A stretch of 64,000 nucleotides of DNA from the NCBI GenBank assembly GCA_965153455.1, contig OZ234493.1, positions 24,852,213 to 24,916,212 on the forward strand, given 5' to 3'. This DNA comes from Sphagnum compactum (lineage: Eukaryota). Position 1 is the first letter of the stretch; the number at the start of each line of letters is the position of its first letter. Positions 13,773-28,600 of the stretch are shown here, piece by piece. The notes under the pieces were generated by a model. It ran no database searches and had not been told where the DNA came from. It saw nothing but the letters and a program-made list of their open reading frames with translations. Both the position numbers and the translations under genes were made by a program.

Positions 13773-14154
13773 CGGCCACACTAAACCAGCACCCACAAGT
13801 GCACCATGAAGGATGGATGATAAGTGATCAAGAAACAATTTTCTGTCGGGTTCCAGTTGCCTAGCTAACCATGGTGGTTAGCTCAATTGCTTTCTTTTTT
13901 ACTAGCTACCTACTAACAACCCACATGTGAGTTGTTAGTAGGTAGTAAAATCAGCCCTTACCTAAGTATAAACCATCTACTTACCTAGTAGTTACCTATT
14001 TTCCTACCTATCTACCTATATATGAGACTTATTTCTTACAGAATTGGTTACCAAGGTGAAATCAAATATTAACTCAGTTGAGGTTCATCCACAACTGAGT
14101 AAGAACGGGCATCCAGTGGATGGTGCGCTGATGGGTGCTGGTTCACTATGGACG
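13773..14154. mobile_element. MITE with ~35-bp imperfect terminal inverted repeats and three internal hairpins
   Basis: Left CGGCCACACTAAACCAGCACCCACAAGTGCACCAT versus right ATGGTGCGCTGATGGGTGCTGGTTCACTATGGACG. Internal stems: GCTAACCA/TGGTTAGC, CTACCTACTAACAAC/GTTGTTAGTAGGTAG (13906-13945), ACTCAGTTG/CAACTGAGT. No clear TSD. Confidence 0.6.
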
Positions 14155-14158
14155 GATA

Positions 14159-14191
<33 letters not shown>

Positions 14192-15006
14192 TCTTTTTTT
14201 TAATTACTGGTGAAATTTTCATTGAAAAGAAAAAGTACAAAAGAAAATTTGAGAGAAAAATTATGTAATTTTTAGGGGTTCCAATTGCCAAAAGTTGGAG
14301 AAAAAAAAGGGAGTAAAAATCACCAGATTTCTATACTTTACCCTAGGGTCAGTTTTGTCATTAAATAATTTTTAAAATAGTGAAACAAATTCTCTTGAAA
14401 ATATGAAGCTAAGGTGTTGGAAAACATCGTGATTAATTATTATTTAGGCTACAATCTGAATAATTTCACTCCTCATGTATAGCAATATCATAATAGATCA
14501 TGAAATAATAATAACTTCAAATTGATAAAAAACGAATTAATTTTTTCATTTTTTTAAATTTTTATTTTTGACCATGTGAAAACTTACACTAAGCTACAGT
14601 ATTTGGTTTTCAGTAAGTAGCAAAAATATAAATGGATGATTAAAAATTTTGTATTACATATTCTGACTTATAGCCAGATTTGGCTAAATCTTCTTATGGA
14701 TGACAGCAACTTTGGCTACATCACAAAATTCATTAGAAAAAAGCACTGCCATGAACTATGGTTTGTAAATGATATATGTTCACATGATCAGTACTTGTAC
14801 AAACACATACACCATTACAACTCCTAACATTGGAATTAAATAAAGTGTGAAGTCCCCATAAAATAATAATAATGTAAGAGGGGTATTTTCAGTCCTTTTC
14901 TAATAATAAAGTTCTTCACTTCAACTTAAGATACTAGCAAGTTGCCACAGCACTGCCAAACTGCAGGTGATGAGCAGGACCTAAAGTACAAAGGACTGTA
15001 TAAGTA

Positions 15007-15303
15007 GAGTGCTTTTCCTTCAATTTTGTGATGTAGCTGAAGTGGTGATCATCCATAAGACGATTTAGCCAGATTTGGTTACAGACTAGATACGAAAGTA
15101 GAAAAAAATTCAGAATCCTTTTATATTCTTGGCTACCTAATGGAACTTATCATAAAAATTTGACGATTTGGAAAACACTTTTTTTTTTTTTTGGAAATCT
15201 GGCGAATTAGGGCCAAATTTTCCATGGAAAATCCTTTGTATAGGTTGAAATCATATTTCTCAATTGAAAATTGGTGAAACTTTGCCCCCAAAAAAACACA
15301 TTG
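15007..15303. mobile_element. Member of an abundant MITE family with CAGTG(C/T)TTTT...AAAA(C/G)CACTG-type ends (hAT-like)
   Basis: Shared core GATTTAGCCAGATTTGG and TTCCATG(G)AAAATCCTTTGTAT. Related copies at ~14190-14748 (inverted, interrupted), ~18770-19010, ~31920-32210, ~37640-37809 and 39425-39573. TSDs not recovered. Confidence 0.6.
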
Positions 15304-16150
15304 CTGAATAGCAGCAATGGGTCCTCATAAAAGTACTATCTGCTTCTTCTTCTTCTTTCTTGTGTGCCCCAAGATGGATGATGCTCAGACACATTTTAGA
15401 GTCCTGTTATGCACACTTTGGACATGTAAGACACGGAGAGGCATATTAGCCTCTTAGTGTCTATCGCATGCACAAAGTGTGTTATACTAAGACATAACAT
15501 TTGTGAATGGGCAGCAGTCAGGGAAAAAAGAAGCAGACAATACTTTTGTACAGTTTGCAATAAGGACGCATTGCATTTATGCGTTAGCGTCCTCCCCTAA
15601 TGTATTAGGGCTCACTAATGTTATATCTTTGAAGGGATTATGGAGGATGACGAAATCACAAATCTGACTGATTGTTAAATGATTCAAACTCAGCAGAAAA
15701 CTTTGCAACAACAACAAACCTTAAATAAAATGAGTTTTGAAAGACTTTTAGGATTTCCTGTGCCAGAGTGCTGGTGAAGTTTCTGACAACATTTAATGCA
15801 CAAGGTTCGAGAGTAATTATACTAGTCCTACAGGTAGGAGCAGTGAAAGTATATGTAGCATAGCAGCAGTGTGGGTGCTCCGGAAAAAAAGGAAAGACTG
15901 GATGAAATTCAGTTTACCATGAAAATTGGTGGAAGAACTAGTTTGGGTCCCAGTTATGTCGTTTTGTAAAATTTTCATTCCCAGTTACACGTTTGATGCC
16001 CTATTATGTCGAAACTGAAATCGCGGAACTTTACGGAGAACTCTATTATTGTCTAACTTTATCAGGCTGGATTTTTTTCATAGTAACCAGCTTTGTTTTT
16101 GCTCTTCGATGGCTGTAAATTTTTTGTTTTTTCGAGTTGTATTGCTCCTG

Positions 16151-16257
16151 GGTGGTCTTGAAGTTTTTGCTCTTTGAGTTTTTTTTCCCCTTTGGTGGTC
16201 TTGAAGTTTTCGCTCTTTGAGATTTTTGGCTCTTAGGTGGTCTGAATTTTTTGCTCA
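16151..16257. repeat. 42-43-bp tandem repeat (2.5 copies) within a transposon-like segment
   Basis: GGTGGTCT(T)GAA at 16151, 16194 and 16236. Confidence 0.75.
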
Positions 16258-19200
16258 CAAATTGTTTGTCAAATTTCCCTCATCAAATGTTATAAAACAC
16301 TTCCACCACAAATTGCTCTTCACACAACACATGCACATTGGGAGATGTTTTGAGCTTCAACAAGGATGATTTTTAGAGTGTGCAAATTCATTCATTCACA
16401 ACAATTATGATTCTTACATGCGACAAGGCCTTTTTGCTGCATGACTATTGACAAGCGATTCACTTGAATAACATTTTTCATACATGGTTTCAACAATAGG
16501 TTTTGCAAATTAGTGATAGAATGCGTATGTATGGTATCCGATGGAGATGCTCTAACAATATTATTACACTCCTAGGTGGGATGCACCCAAACCCATAGCA
16601 TTAACGCAAGAACTAAATAAAGGTAATGATCTAAATGCAACTCAGGAACACAAGCTTGAGTATGCCTACTAATGGTGCCTAACATGAAGAATTCTTCAAT
16701 TTTTTTAATAATATTTCTAGGAATAAGATATTGTGGACCCAAGTCAATGTGTAGTCCTTGCCTAAAAGCATGGACAAATGAATTTTAAACACAAGATCTC
16801 TATCATGTATGAATTTGCATACTTCCTTTCAAAGAATTCATCCTAAAAAATCCACATGTTTAGATAAATACCTTATGCATTTTTAAATATGCAATTTGAA
16901 GCATATTTAAAATGTTTATCATGTTTCCAGTACATTCAATTTTTTTGGAAAAAATTCCTTTATTGGGCATTTGTTTCTTAGTAGCATTGAACCAAGTGTG
17001 CCCTATTTAACCTCTTGGGGTATGGCTTCTTGTTGGTTGTACTTTTACACAAATTTAACATACTTTAATAGCACATTATTCTAGTACATTATTTTCATTG
17101 GCAACAAATAAAGTAGAGCATTTTTCTTTCCATGAATTTTAATGTCAATCCATTTCACTTTATTAATATCGTCTTCTAAAATCATTGATTTTGAAAATAA
17201 TTTAAAAAAGTTTTTGCATAATTTGATATGATAATTTATTTAACATAATACATGTTTCACAAATGAATTTCATCCACGAATGTTCACGTTTCATCTCAAT
17301 CAATTTGTGGGTTACAATTGACAACTATAATGTAAAGTTTTAATGCAATTAGAATTAGAAGTTCATGATTTGTGCTTATTTTTTCAAACTTTTCATAGCT
17401 TAAGATTTAATTGCATTGCATTTTAGTTTCAACTCTTATACAATGGAATTGAGTGTTATATTTAAAACTAAAATTCATAGTTCATAAATGTTTTCTTATG
17501 TTTGAGGTCTCATATCTTGAGATTTATTTTTTAGTAGTTTTGGGATCTACCACAGTAAAATGGGATTAAACCTTTTAACTAAATAGGTCACATTCTTACT
17601 TGCATAAAATATTCCTCTCCAATATATTGTATACAAATAAGAAATCAGTTCAAATTTGTCATTCCCGGAAATCCCAAACTATGAGTGGTAAATGATTTTA
17701 TGTATAAGTAAACCATCAAATTTTATCATAAAAATATTTTTTCATTGTATGTATGCGCATTTGATATTTGATAACTATTCTCCAAATAAATTCTAAAAAA
17801 AACGGAAGTTCATACCATTCATGCCCACCTATATTTTTTCTTCCCAATAAATATGAAATACATGTATTTTAATTGATTTCCATTGTCTAATTACACAAGA
17901 AGGAGTCATGGGCTTTACAACTACCCAAATTCACTTGGTTTTCAATGAAATTGAATAAAAATGAACAAGTTGATTAAGACATTTTTAATGAAATTTTTTT
18001 GGTCATTTGAGATAGTCACATGTTGCACTAAGTAATTTCTAATTCTAAAATTTTGAAATGGATATTATAAGGTCCCAAGTTAATATGACATTGATTAAAA
18101 TTTCATGTCATCATACACCAAATTTTCCTTTTTTTTTGGATTAATCATGGATTGTATTCTTTTCATGGCATGCCATGGCGAAAATAAATGCCTTGAATTT
18201 TTAATTTTTATATTGTTATTATTTCAGGTTTCATCAACAAAAATTTTTGGCACCATTTACTAGCACCATATGTACATGTTTGTATACTACATTTGCACAT
18301 GATACATCAATGTATAATACACATTATATACATTGATGTACCCAACCATTAGATCATTTCAACACTTTGAATATAAAAGAAAAAAAAAATATTTTATTTT
18401 GTTTACCATGAAATTATTTAAGAAATTCAAACCTTAACATATGTTTTATTTTTCAAAAATTATTCAATTGCTACAAATGAGAATGTGATTTTGAAACTTA
18501 TTTAAAAATGTATTAAAAATAATTTTATACAATGACTAATCAATTTCAAGGATTATTTAAAATATTAAGATAAAATGTGATGGATAAATCAAAAAATCAA
18601 AAACTATTTTTTAAAAATTGACCTATAATCTTTGTAAATGTGATTCAATTCAATGTGAATTCAAGTATGCCTTAATTAAATATTTAAAATTTTTATCATA
18701 TATATATGTCCTCTTTTGGGGAATTGCAATTTTTAATTTAAAATATGATTATTATTATTTTAAATCACTTTTGTAATGTTGCTCAAATGGCAATGATCCA
18801 CAAAAAGATTTAACCACATTTGGCTATAAACAATTTATGGAGCCAAAAACTTGTTTAAGCCTTTAAATATTTATGGATACCTACTATAAACTATTGTAAA
18901 AAATTGAAGATATATATTTTTTTTAATTGTAAAATTTCAATTTTTTAAAAAAAATCTTCTGTTGATGTCATCGGCCCCTTAAATTGGAAAAAATTGGCCA
19001 CAAGAAGAATTATCAATTAAGTAATCATGTTACCATTTAATTTTCAAGACCATATTTTTTTAACAACATTAATCATACACAAACACAAATGATTAATTCC
19101 ACAACTTTAAAGAAAATATTGCAATAGATTTTTAATATCATTTTTTCCTAATGATGCAAGACCAATATATTTGACTTTCATTTCCATTGTAAAAGTAAAA

Positions 19201-22200
19201 ACAACTTAATTTGGTGAAATTTTGGAAATAAATAGTTGGATCAACCTAGGGTTATTATTGTTAATTTCTTTTGGAATTGTTTTTTCACAACTTGGTGATT
19301 CTTTTGAAATTTTTTTTGAAAACATGGCACAAATTCAAGGAAAAATGAAAATAATAATAATTTTGCCGAAATTTTGAGCTCAAAAATTTGAAAGAAAAAA
19401 AGGATACTCTTAATGTCAAATATTTTCTAAATAATTACAATAGCTCCAACCTTAAACCCATAAACATTTCCAACATCAAACTTATTTGAAAAAAAATTAA
19501 CAATTTTTGGGATTATTATAAACCTTATCCAAAAAATGTAATGAATGTTACAACTATAAACAATATTGACCATTAACTAGTGCAACAAGCCATTTGCAAG
19601 CTTAAGAAGGCCAAATGTGATTAAAATGTAATCAACTCGAAAAGTAATCACAATGTGTGAAAGTGGAAAAGGACAATTTTTTTCTTGTGTTAAAACATTG
19701 ATTGTAATTTGTAACTTAGTTCACCTTTGTATTCATTTTATTCTTTCATGTTTTCATCTTGTAATGATGCATAAATGTCATTTAGGTAAACAATTTGTGT
19801 ACTGAAAATCATTTTTCATGTTATTGGTTAAAATTAGGTTTATTTGAATTTATCATGACATAACTTGTCATAATTTTCACATGCCTTTGTTACTTCAATT
19901 TTTACATTTTCATGTTTTTTTTCATTGTTGAACATTCCAATGGCAATGAATTCCAAATTTTATTTAAGGTGAATACAAAACAATGCGCAAATGGGAAATG
20001 ATTAAACTCAAGTCATATTTCCCATGCAATTTTTCCATTTTGTGAATTTTTTTTTCATTGTTTTTGTATAGTATTTAGTTCATGTTGTCCATAATGTTAA
20101 TTTAAAATTGAAACTTAGCACAACATGTCAATTATTGAGTGTTTCGTGAAACTGAAGATTTTTTCTTGCTTTTGGGTTTAGTTTGACCACCAATTTTGGA
20201 TACAAGCACAATTTGGTACAAATCCTATAAAGTAATTCTAGTTCTCAAGCTACCATTATTGTGTCATATCTAGAAATGACACCAAATGTCACACAAATAT
20301 ATAAATATGAACCACAAATTTTGAAAATAATGACAATTTGTTGTGGAACCAGCAGACAAATTCCTAGTTTTCAAGTTGTGAAAATTCTACCTTATCTATG
20401 AATGATACCTTTGTGTGAATAAAATAAATATTTCACATGCTTCAAGTGTGACCTTTTTTATGTTTTATTCCCTAGTTGGTGTCTTTTCCATGTTTTACCT
20501 TTATTGATAAGGCCCTCCCATTTTGTATGGTGGGAGATGATTTTTACAAATATGAACAATTTTAGACAAGGTCAAAATCTTATTTCCTTATTTCATTTTT
20601 GAATCAATTTAAAAACTTTTTGATACACCAATTTGAAGGTTGGGCAATAAGACTTCATGAAAATGGTTGAAATAAAAAAAGATAATAAAAGTTTGCATCA
20701 AATTATTTAGATTATAAACAAATAGTTATTTTTAAAAATTCATATGAGCCCTGCGTATATAGACTTGTTGTTCTTATCATATAATTTGTGTTAAATGGAT
20801 ACAAAGTCAAGGCCAAATTATTCTTTAAAAAATAATGTGAATGCCTAAATATATATATAATTGTGTTACCAACAATTGTAATTGACACATTAATATTTCA
20901 TTTCATTTCATTTTTGTAATAATGTGCATGATGATATACATATGTGAAAGGTTTGATCAAGGATTAAATAAATTTTCCCAACATTTTCAATCATACATTT
21001 TAAAATTTTCATTAGTTAAATGTTCAACACCACATTCTTGAACATTAAGGATGACAAATGAATGTCAAGGCATGTCATGAATTTTCAACTATGTTCAACT
21101 ATTAGACAAAAACATGACTTTCTCACCATTTTTCTTTTGCCTTCTTTCCTTGATCACCTATATTTCAACATAGGATGTGTTTGTTTGTTTACATGTTACC
21201 ATGTTGAAACAACCACAAATGGTAGGGTCCCTTGTTCCATTTTAGGTGTCATTGGAAAGCTTTCAAAAGGTGGTGCATTGTGTATGTTTGTCACCTTGCA
21301 ATTTTTGAACCAACAAAGTAAAAATTATTGAATTTAGAGTGATTTCCATCTTTGGAATTATTTTAAAATTTTCATAAAAATCACATTTGGTTTGATGAGG
21401 TTAAAGCTTCTTTATAAACCATTAATCAATCTTACAACTTGTAACGTTACTTGGGGCATTGTGGAACTCCTATGGAAATTATTTTCTCCACTTCCTTTTG
21501 GTGGGTATTATGTTATTGTTTCACATACCTCATAATTTCAACGTCTTGACATCAAACCATGGACATTTGAAAATCAAAGGGTTTAGATAAATAAATGACT
21601 TTCAGACATAAGAATGAGGATTTGAAGTTGCAACCTTGAACATGCAATTCACTTTATTGTCAAATCAATTCCACAACAACATGGAACAAAACGTAATTAT
21701 GTTTTTCAAAGGTTAAATTCACAAAAGTTCTTCAAATAATTTGTTGACCTTGTAAGATTTTTAGATCCCATGAAATTATTCAAATCAATGTGGTTAGAGT
21801 GAAAACCCATCACATAAAGATGTGAGGAAAATTAAATAAATGGTGAATCCATAAGAAACACAACAAGAATGATTACAATCGTAACTTCAAGAATGATGAT
21901 GATGATCATTAAGCAAATATAATTTATACGATCTTATAAAAGTGATGATCATGAGCATACATTATGCGCAAGCAACCAATCAATCAAAATATATGAAATC
22001 ATCCACAATATTGACAAGTGGGTCATTACACAACACCTTACTTCATACCTAACAAATGCATGGTTTGAGTGATTATAAAATTAATCAAACTCCAATTGAT
22101 ATGTCATTCACAAAATGTTTGACCATCATCTTCATCATGACTAACTACAATTATTCATCTATCTCAAAAATATGCATCATAAAAAAAGAATACTACTAAA

Positions 22201-23316
22201 TACCTTTAGCTCTTTCTAATGACAATGTTTTAAAAATCAAAACCTAAGTTGTTGATGCTTCAAAATTATTACACATATCCACACCTCCCACCATGCTCTT
22301 GCCATTGCAACTTGCTAATAATTATCACAAGCCATTTCATAGCTCAACCAACAAAAGATACTTCACCCATGAAGTTAAAAAAACAAAACCATGTAGTTAG
22401 TTACAAATTAATCAATTGCTACATTCTCAAAGTTATAAATCATATAATAATTAAACTATGAATACATTAGACACCTCCAAAGGTTATTGCATGCCTCTTT
22501 TGGGTATTTGTTGATAAAGTGTTTGTAAAATCTTATAAAAGGACAAATGTTTTTGCACCCTCCCAAGTTCAAAGACCTAGGTGATAACTTAAAGCACACA
22601 TCTATTTTAAAATGAATCAATTTTCACACATTGAATAACTGTTGTTGCTAAGGGATGTGCACACACACATGATTAAATACAACAAATGGGGGACTTTTTC
22701 ATTTAAATCATTGGAAGTGAAACTGTCTTACAAAATTATGCATATGGACTCACTAAATAAAATATCCACAATGAAAAACAATTTTAGCTTCTACCCAAAA
22801 TTCAATTACATGTAGATGAACTATAAATGAACAGATGAATTGTACTTTAATTGACTTTTAAAAGCATTTGAATTGAACAAAACAACAAAGTCCTTTAAAA
22901 CATAATTTTTATGGAATTCTTATTATTTTTTTCATCAACATTGTACCTTGGGATGCATTAGATAGTGACCCTTAGTGATCTTTTGGAAAAGATGATTTTT
23001 TTTCTTTGAAGATGAGGATTTGACAAAATCTTAGGTTTTTGGCACTATAAAAATAAATTACAAAAATACTTTCATGGAATCCTATCATGCCATTTTTGGT
23101 CCACTTTAATTTACATTCACCTTTTTATCCAAATAGGTGTAAAAAAATAGACATGAAAGGAAATTCCTAACCTCATTTAATTATATGTTATTTTTTAGAA
23201 AATAATAACAATAATAAAATAATCTAGATAATATTTGTGAACTAATAATACTAAATGTGTTGGCAATTGTCAACCACACCATGCAACTTGGTTTATAATA
23301 TTGTAGTTGATATAAG

Positions 23317-24243
23317 GCAAACCCATCCTTGGGTGGTACCATTACGAAAATCACACCCCAAAATTTTGAGACCTGTCCAACTTTAAGACAACACACTACT
23401 ACAAAATGTGGGTGCACTTCACCAACCCCCGTTTAATGGACCAATGAATTCACTACATCCCCACTAGGTCATGTTCAGTGGGACCAATGAATTCATTCAA
23501 AATATAATGAAACATTTGGCATACATGGACCTATTTTGTTATAATGACATATATTAAAAAAATTCATCTCGAAGTTTATATCAAAAGATTTCCCAAGTCA
23601 CATAAAATTTGAAACTTCAACTGTATTTACAAAAAAAATAATTCTAATTTTCCAAATTATTAGTTAAGGAAAATGTTTCAAGAAAGTAACATTTGGGGTT
23701 CCTTTGTTCATGAACACAAAAGGAACATTAGATTTTTAATTTTTAAAAAATTTGTAGAATGGATTCAAATAATCCTCTTTTTTATTTGTTTAATAGATAG
23801 TGGTTGAAAAAACCATAAATTTTTGAGCAATTTTTGAAGGTTAAGACTAAAAGGTCTTGAAAGGCCATTACATTCATGTATACAATTTTGTAATACTTCT
23901 CACTCTTTTTTTTTAGTAAAAAATTTGGGCCATGCCCTTGTGACTGTATTTAATTTTTAAAAAGTTTTTATAATGGTGTGGTTCTTGACACTCAATCATA
24001 AGGGTTGGGAATTTTAATAACACATGTTAGAAACATTTCAAGAACACAAATTTCCTACTTATGTATTGCATATGTATGTGTCTACAATTTTTCCATGGTG
24101 TATATATACATGGGGAACACAAAGCATGTGTGGTGCAAGTCAATAGTAAAAATCATAATTTTTAAATTAAACTAAATTGGGTTCACCTTTCCTTGAATTT
24201 TGGTGTATTGGTTCACAGTGGTACCACCCAAGGATGGGTTTGC
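23317..24243. mobile_element. ~930-bp non-autonomous DNA transposon with 25-bp perfect TIRs
   Basis: GCAAACCCATCCTTGGGTGGTACCA (23317-23341) and its exact reverse complement (24219-24243), with weaker similarity extending inward. No coding capacity; TSD unresolved. Confidence 0.75.
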
Positions 24244-25490
24244 TATCCATGCTTACAAATTTTGATGGCTAATTAAAATTTTTAATTCTTCATAATTGTG
24301 GTTGCCTTAATTCAAATGTATTGGTAGCATCACTACCTTTTAAATCCTAGTACAAAGAGATGATGTTTTTCCACTTTAAAATATGGTCTATCCAAGTATG
24401 TGTTGTATTACTCTTTATTTGCCCCCATGATTATAAAAGATGATGAAAATTGAAAAATAAATGAATGGCATTGGAAAAGTTAACAATAACAATTTAGTCT
24501 TATTATATGTTTAAAAAATAATGAGACACATGCTAACAATTATGCAAGCTTAAATGTGTTTTACACTCACATGATGAAAAATTCATGTAATTTGCTAATT
24601 GTTCAATATAAGATTTGGCCTTTTAGAGATGAGGATGAATGTAAGCACATGTTACAAGTTGTAATCACAAAGTTCTGCCAAACAACCTTGGTGTGGTGCA
24701 AGGTGAAATTAAGATAGTACTCCTAGTGAAAAAATTGGCTTTGCAAGTAAAATATTAGGTCGACAATTTTCAAATGGTTGAAAAGCCAAAGAATTATAAT
24801 TAGTTAACATATCTTACATTTAAATGGAATATATCAATGGATTATATTAATGGAATATATGAACTACAACATGTTGATTTTTTAAAGAATATGAATGTGA
24901 AAATTATTTATCCATAAATCTTATGCCTTATGCCATATATATGTTCAAATTGTAACTTGGATCTAGTCACAATTTGTTGATGGAGATTGTGATGAAACCT
25001 TTCTTCAATTTTACACATGTGTGCTTTGTAATACAAGACAACTTGAAGTTGAAGTTCATGTCATTTTACACAATATTGTTTGAATTTAGATTTGAGGATT
25101 CATTCAAATATATAACTTTTAAAAAATTGAAATAATTGTTTAACACCAAGTGCCATGATAATATCAACAAATTTATAGTTGTAGCTACCAAAAATCACAA
25201 TTGGATGATTGTCCAAAATTGGTTTTTGGAGTAAAATAGACCAAAAACAAAGGTACCATATCAACATCTAATTTTAAAATGAAACACCTTTTGACATAAA
25301 TAGAAAAAAGTATATTCAAAATTTCTTTTGTGTTTTCTCTTTGAGAAATAGACTAGTCATTATGGTGTTCAAACTTACTTTTATAGTAGAAAACTCAATG
25401 AAATAAATATACAAACTTCTAGGATACAAAAAACATCATTTTTTTAACAAAAAAATGTTCTATTTTAGTAGAACATATTCAATGCACACT

Positions 25491-25602
25491 CACCACACGA
25501 AAAATAGTGTTTTTCAACTTGTCTTATGCAACTAAAAAATAGTTGCATATGACACTTTTAGTTGAATAAGACAACTTGTAAAAGATTTTTTTTTTATTAG
25601 TG
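25491..25602. mobile_element. 112-bp CACTA-type MITE with 3-bp TSD (ACT)
   Basis: Ends CACCACACGAAAAA ... TTTTTTATTAGTG. ACT on both sides (25488-25490, 25603-25605). Internal TGCAACTA/TAGTTGCA subterminal motifs. Confidence 0.65.
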
Positions 25603-28600
25603 ACTTAAAACATAAGGTCCACATTGTGAAAAATAGATTTCACAACTACTTACATTTAAAACATTTATTAAACATTGTTGAAACAATTCATAATTTGAAG
25701 ATTAATGTACACTAATGAAGAAGTATCTTTTTTTATTACTAAACTAAAAATGAAAATTATAAAATGGAATTTGTTGATATTTTACATCTATTTTCATCTT
25801 CCATTTTTTTGAATTACCAAAGTAATCAAATTGTCTACTTTATCTTAAGTTTGCACCTTTTATGGATTCTTTCATTTGACACCATAACCATTTTAAAATT
25901 AAAAAAAACCATTTCATCTTTAATATATTGTTGGAGGTATTTTAAACAATTTATTCAACAATTAGCAAATATTCAAAGTGATGGAGACTTCAACATACTT
26001 CTTGCATTAGTTATTGGGTGTTAATTGACAATTAGGCCATACTAGTTGTCATTTGTTTTTTGCACCCTTAAGGAAATAAATAAAATGACCATTCCAAAAT
26101 GACACATGTAATTGAACAAAAGTTAGGTGACTTTCAAACCACATTTAGTCAGCAAAATATATGTTCATGTGACCTTCAAGATATGGATAACCATTTGAAT
26201 TTGAATTTCCATTGAGAAAAATGTTTTTGGCATGGAAAACCTCATATCACTAATGGAATACCACAACATTTTGCCTTATTTAATATCCCTAGTTAGAACT
26301 TCCATAACCTTGATAATAATATCAACCATTGCAAGTACTAATCAACTACATATTATCTTAATAGGTTGTTCTTTCAAAAATTGGGGTCAAAAGAATATTT
26401 AGAAGGAGAGGAAATCATAAATCAACAAAATAATAACACAATGTAGTTGAAATGTTGAAAGAGTGAAATCAATTAATTACCCAAAAAAGAAGAGCATTAA
26501 TGAAAACATTCCAAGAATTATTCATAGATGAAGAATGTGACAGTTCATGCATGTAAAAGGTGAATTGTTGAACTATGGTTTTGGGAGGGAAAATAATGCA
26601 TAATATAATAAGAGGATGCATATGACCATAAAGGCTAAAGTTCATGGTAATAGTTAAATTAATATAATGATGACAATAAGCATAAAAAGTAAGATAAATA
26701 ACATCTTCATGTTTTTACCTTCTATAATTTATAACCTTGTTGTAGTTTGTGTAATATTATTTGGTTTCCGCATTGTTGGGTCCATAAGAAAGGGTCCACA
26801 CAATAATGAAGGAATTTGGGGTAAAGTTTTTCATTCAACATGGAATTGATGTGTGGGTGAAATCTAAACACTTAGTAGTATTATTTAAACTACATTATTT
26901 TATCAAACTCATCTTATAACTGAAGTTGACTAATCACATTACACAATTTCATCATTTCTTTCATATTGTGTTGTGGGGAGGAATTAATTTAGATTGGTGG
27001 GCACTTTCAAGTGTCACTAAGCAATGTGGTATTGAGAAAAGAACGATGGGAGTACATTGGATTCTAGCAACTAATTTGGACAACTTGCAAGGTGAATTCA
27101 CTTAAATATTTTCAATTGATTTTTTTTTGTTTTAGTTGCTCAAATGTGCATTGATCTTGTGATGGAACATGCAAATTAAGGTTTAATCAAAATCCAATAT
27201 TATCAATTCATAGTTGGTTGACCTTGTTTAAATTTTTAGATACTTTCACTATAAGTCATAAGAATGCACATTGAAGTGCACATGATGTTTCTAGTTGTGC
27301 ATTAGAAATCAATGTAGTGTTCTTTTAGACATATGATATCATTCAAAGTTGTTTATGTCAATTGATGCACTATGAGTACATTGTAAGTGAAGAATAATCC
27401 ATGAACCCCACAGACAATTAATGTGTGTGCCCAAGAAGTCCACAAAATAGTTAGTGTGTTTTCTAAATTGTTCACAAAGTCCATTGAAAGTTCAAGTTTG
27501 TGGTAAAGTAGTTCACAAAGTCCATTTGCAATTAGTGATACAACCCATGAAGTTTTTTTATTCCATGTTGTTCCACCATGAATCATTATTTTTTATAAAA
27601 AAAAAAGTTGTATTTTACCGCATAATCCCTATCAAGTCATATACATGTGTCCAACTATGTTTCAAAGTCCTTCCAAGTCATCTACATGTTTATAGTAGCC
27701 ACTGAAAACTTGTCACATGTTCCTAGGAATCCAATCTAATATTTATTATATTCATTCTTTCATATTTGTCCATACATTTATACAAAAAAGTTCATTTCAT
27801 GGCCCAATGTGATCCACTTAAAGCTAACTTGCACTACATATATTATGATTTACTTTTTAAATTACAAATCCAATTCAAACTTCCATTTCCATTTTGGTTC
27901 TTCGTGACAAGCACCAATGACATCTTATACAATCAATCCATAAACGGGTTACCACTAACCAATGCAACATCGCATGTTGCCAAATCAACACCATTTGCCA
28001 TTGAGATATAATCCCCAAGTCATCTTTTTCAAAGTGAAGTGCAGGATATGGCTCAAATTCTAGTTTCATAGCTACCACCAAAATCTTCCCTTGACCAAAA
28101 ACAAAAAAGAGGTGCCGAAAAGGTTTTGACCATGATTTTTGTTACCCATGAAATGTTAAAGGAAGATGTGGCGTTTTTAAAACATGAAGATGGGGAGCAT
28201 ATGTATGTGCACTTTTAGCAAAGGATCATCCAACAAGTTTTGATATAATGATCAAATTGTGGAGAACCCTCTAAAGAAGCCAAAGAAAAAAACTCATGAC
28301 AAAGTTGATTACAAGCATGAATCCAAAAAAAAATTCAATCAAATGTGTGATTCTACAAGTTTCAACAATTAAGGATAATCAACCAAAGCTCCTTATACAC
28401 ACATGGTTTTACAAGCTTCCACATACATGGGACATTTTTCTTCCAAAATAAACCTTAAAGCTTAAAATCATAAACATTGTCATGTCACCATAAATAGGAG
28501 ATGACATCATCATCTATGTTGGAAATCTTGAAGGATAGCTAGAAAAGTCCCTATTCTTAAAAGCCCAAATAAACAATTCATAGACATGTGCTTTGGTGAA

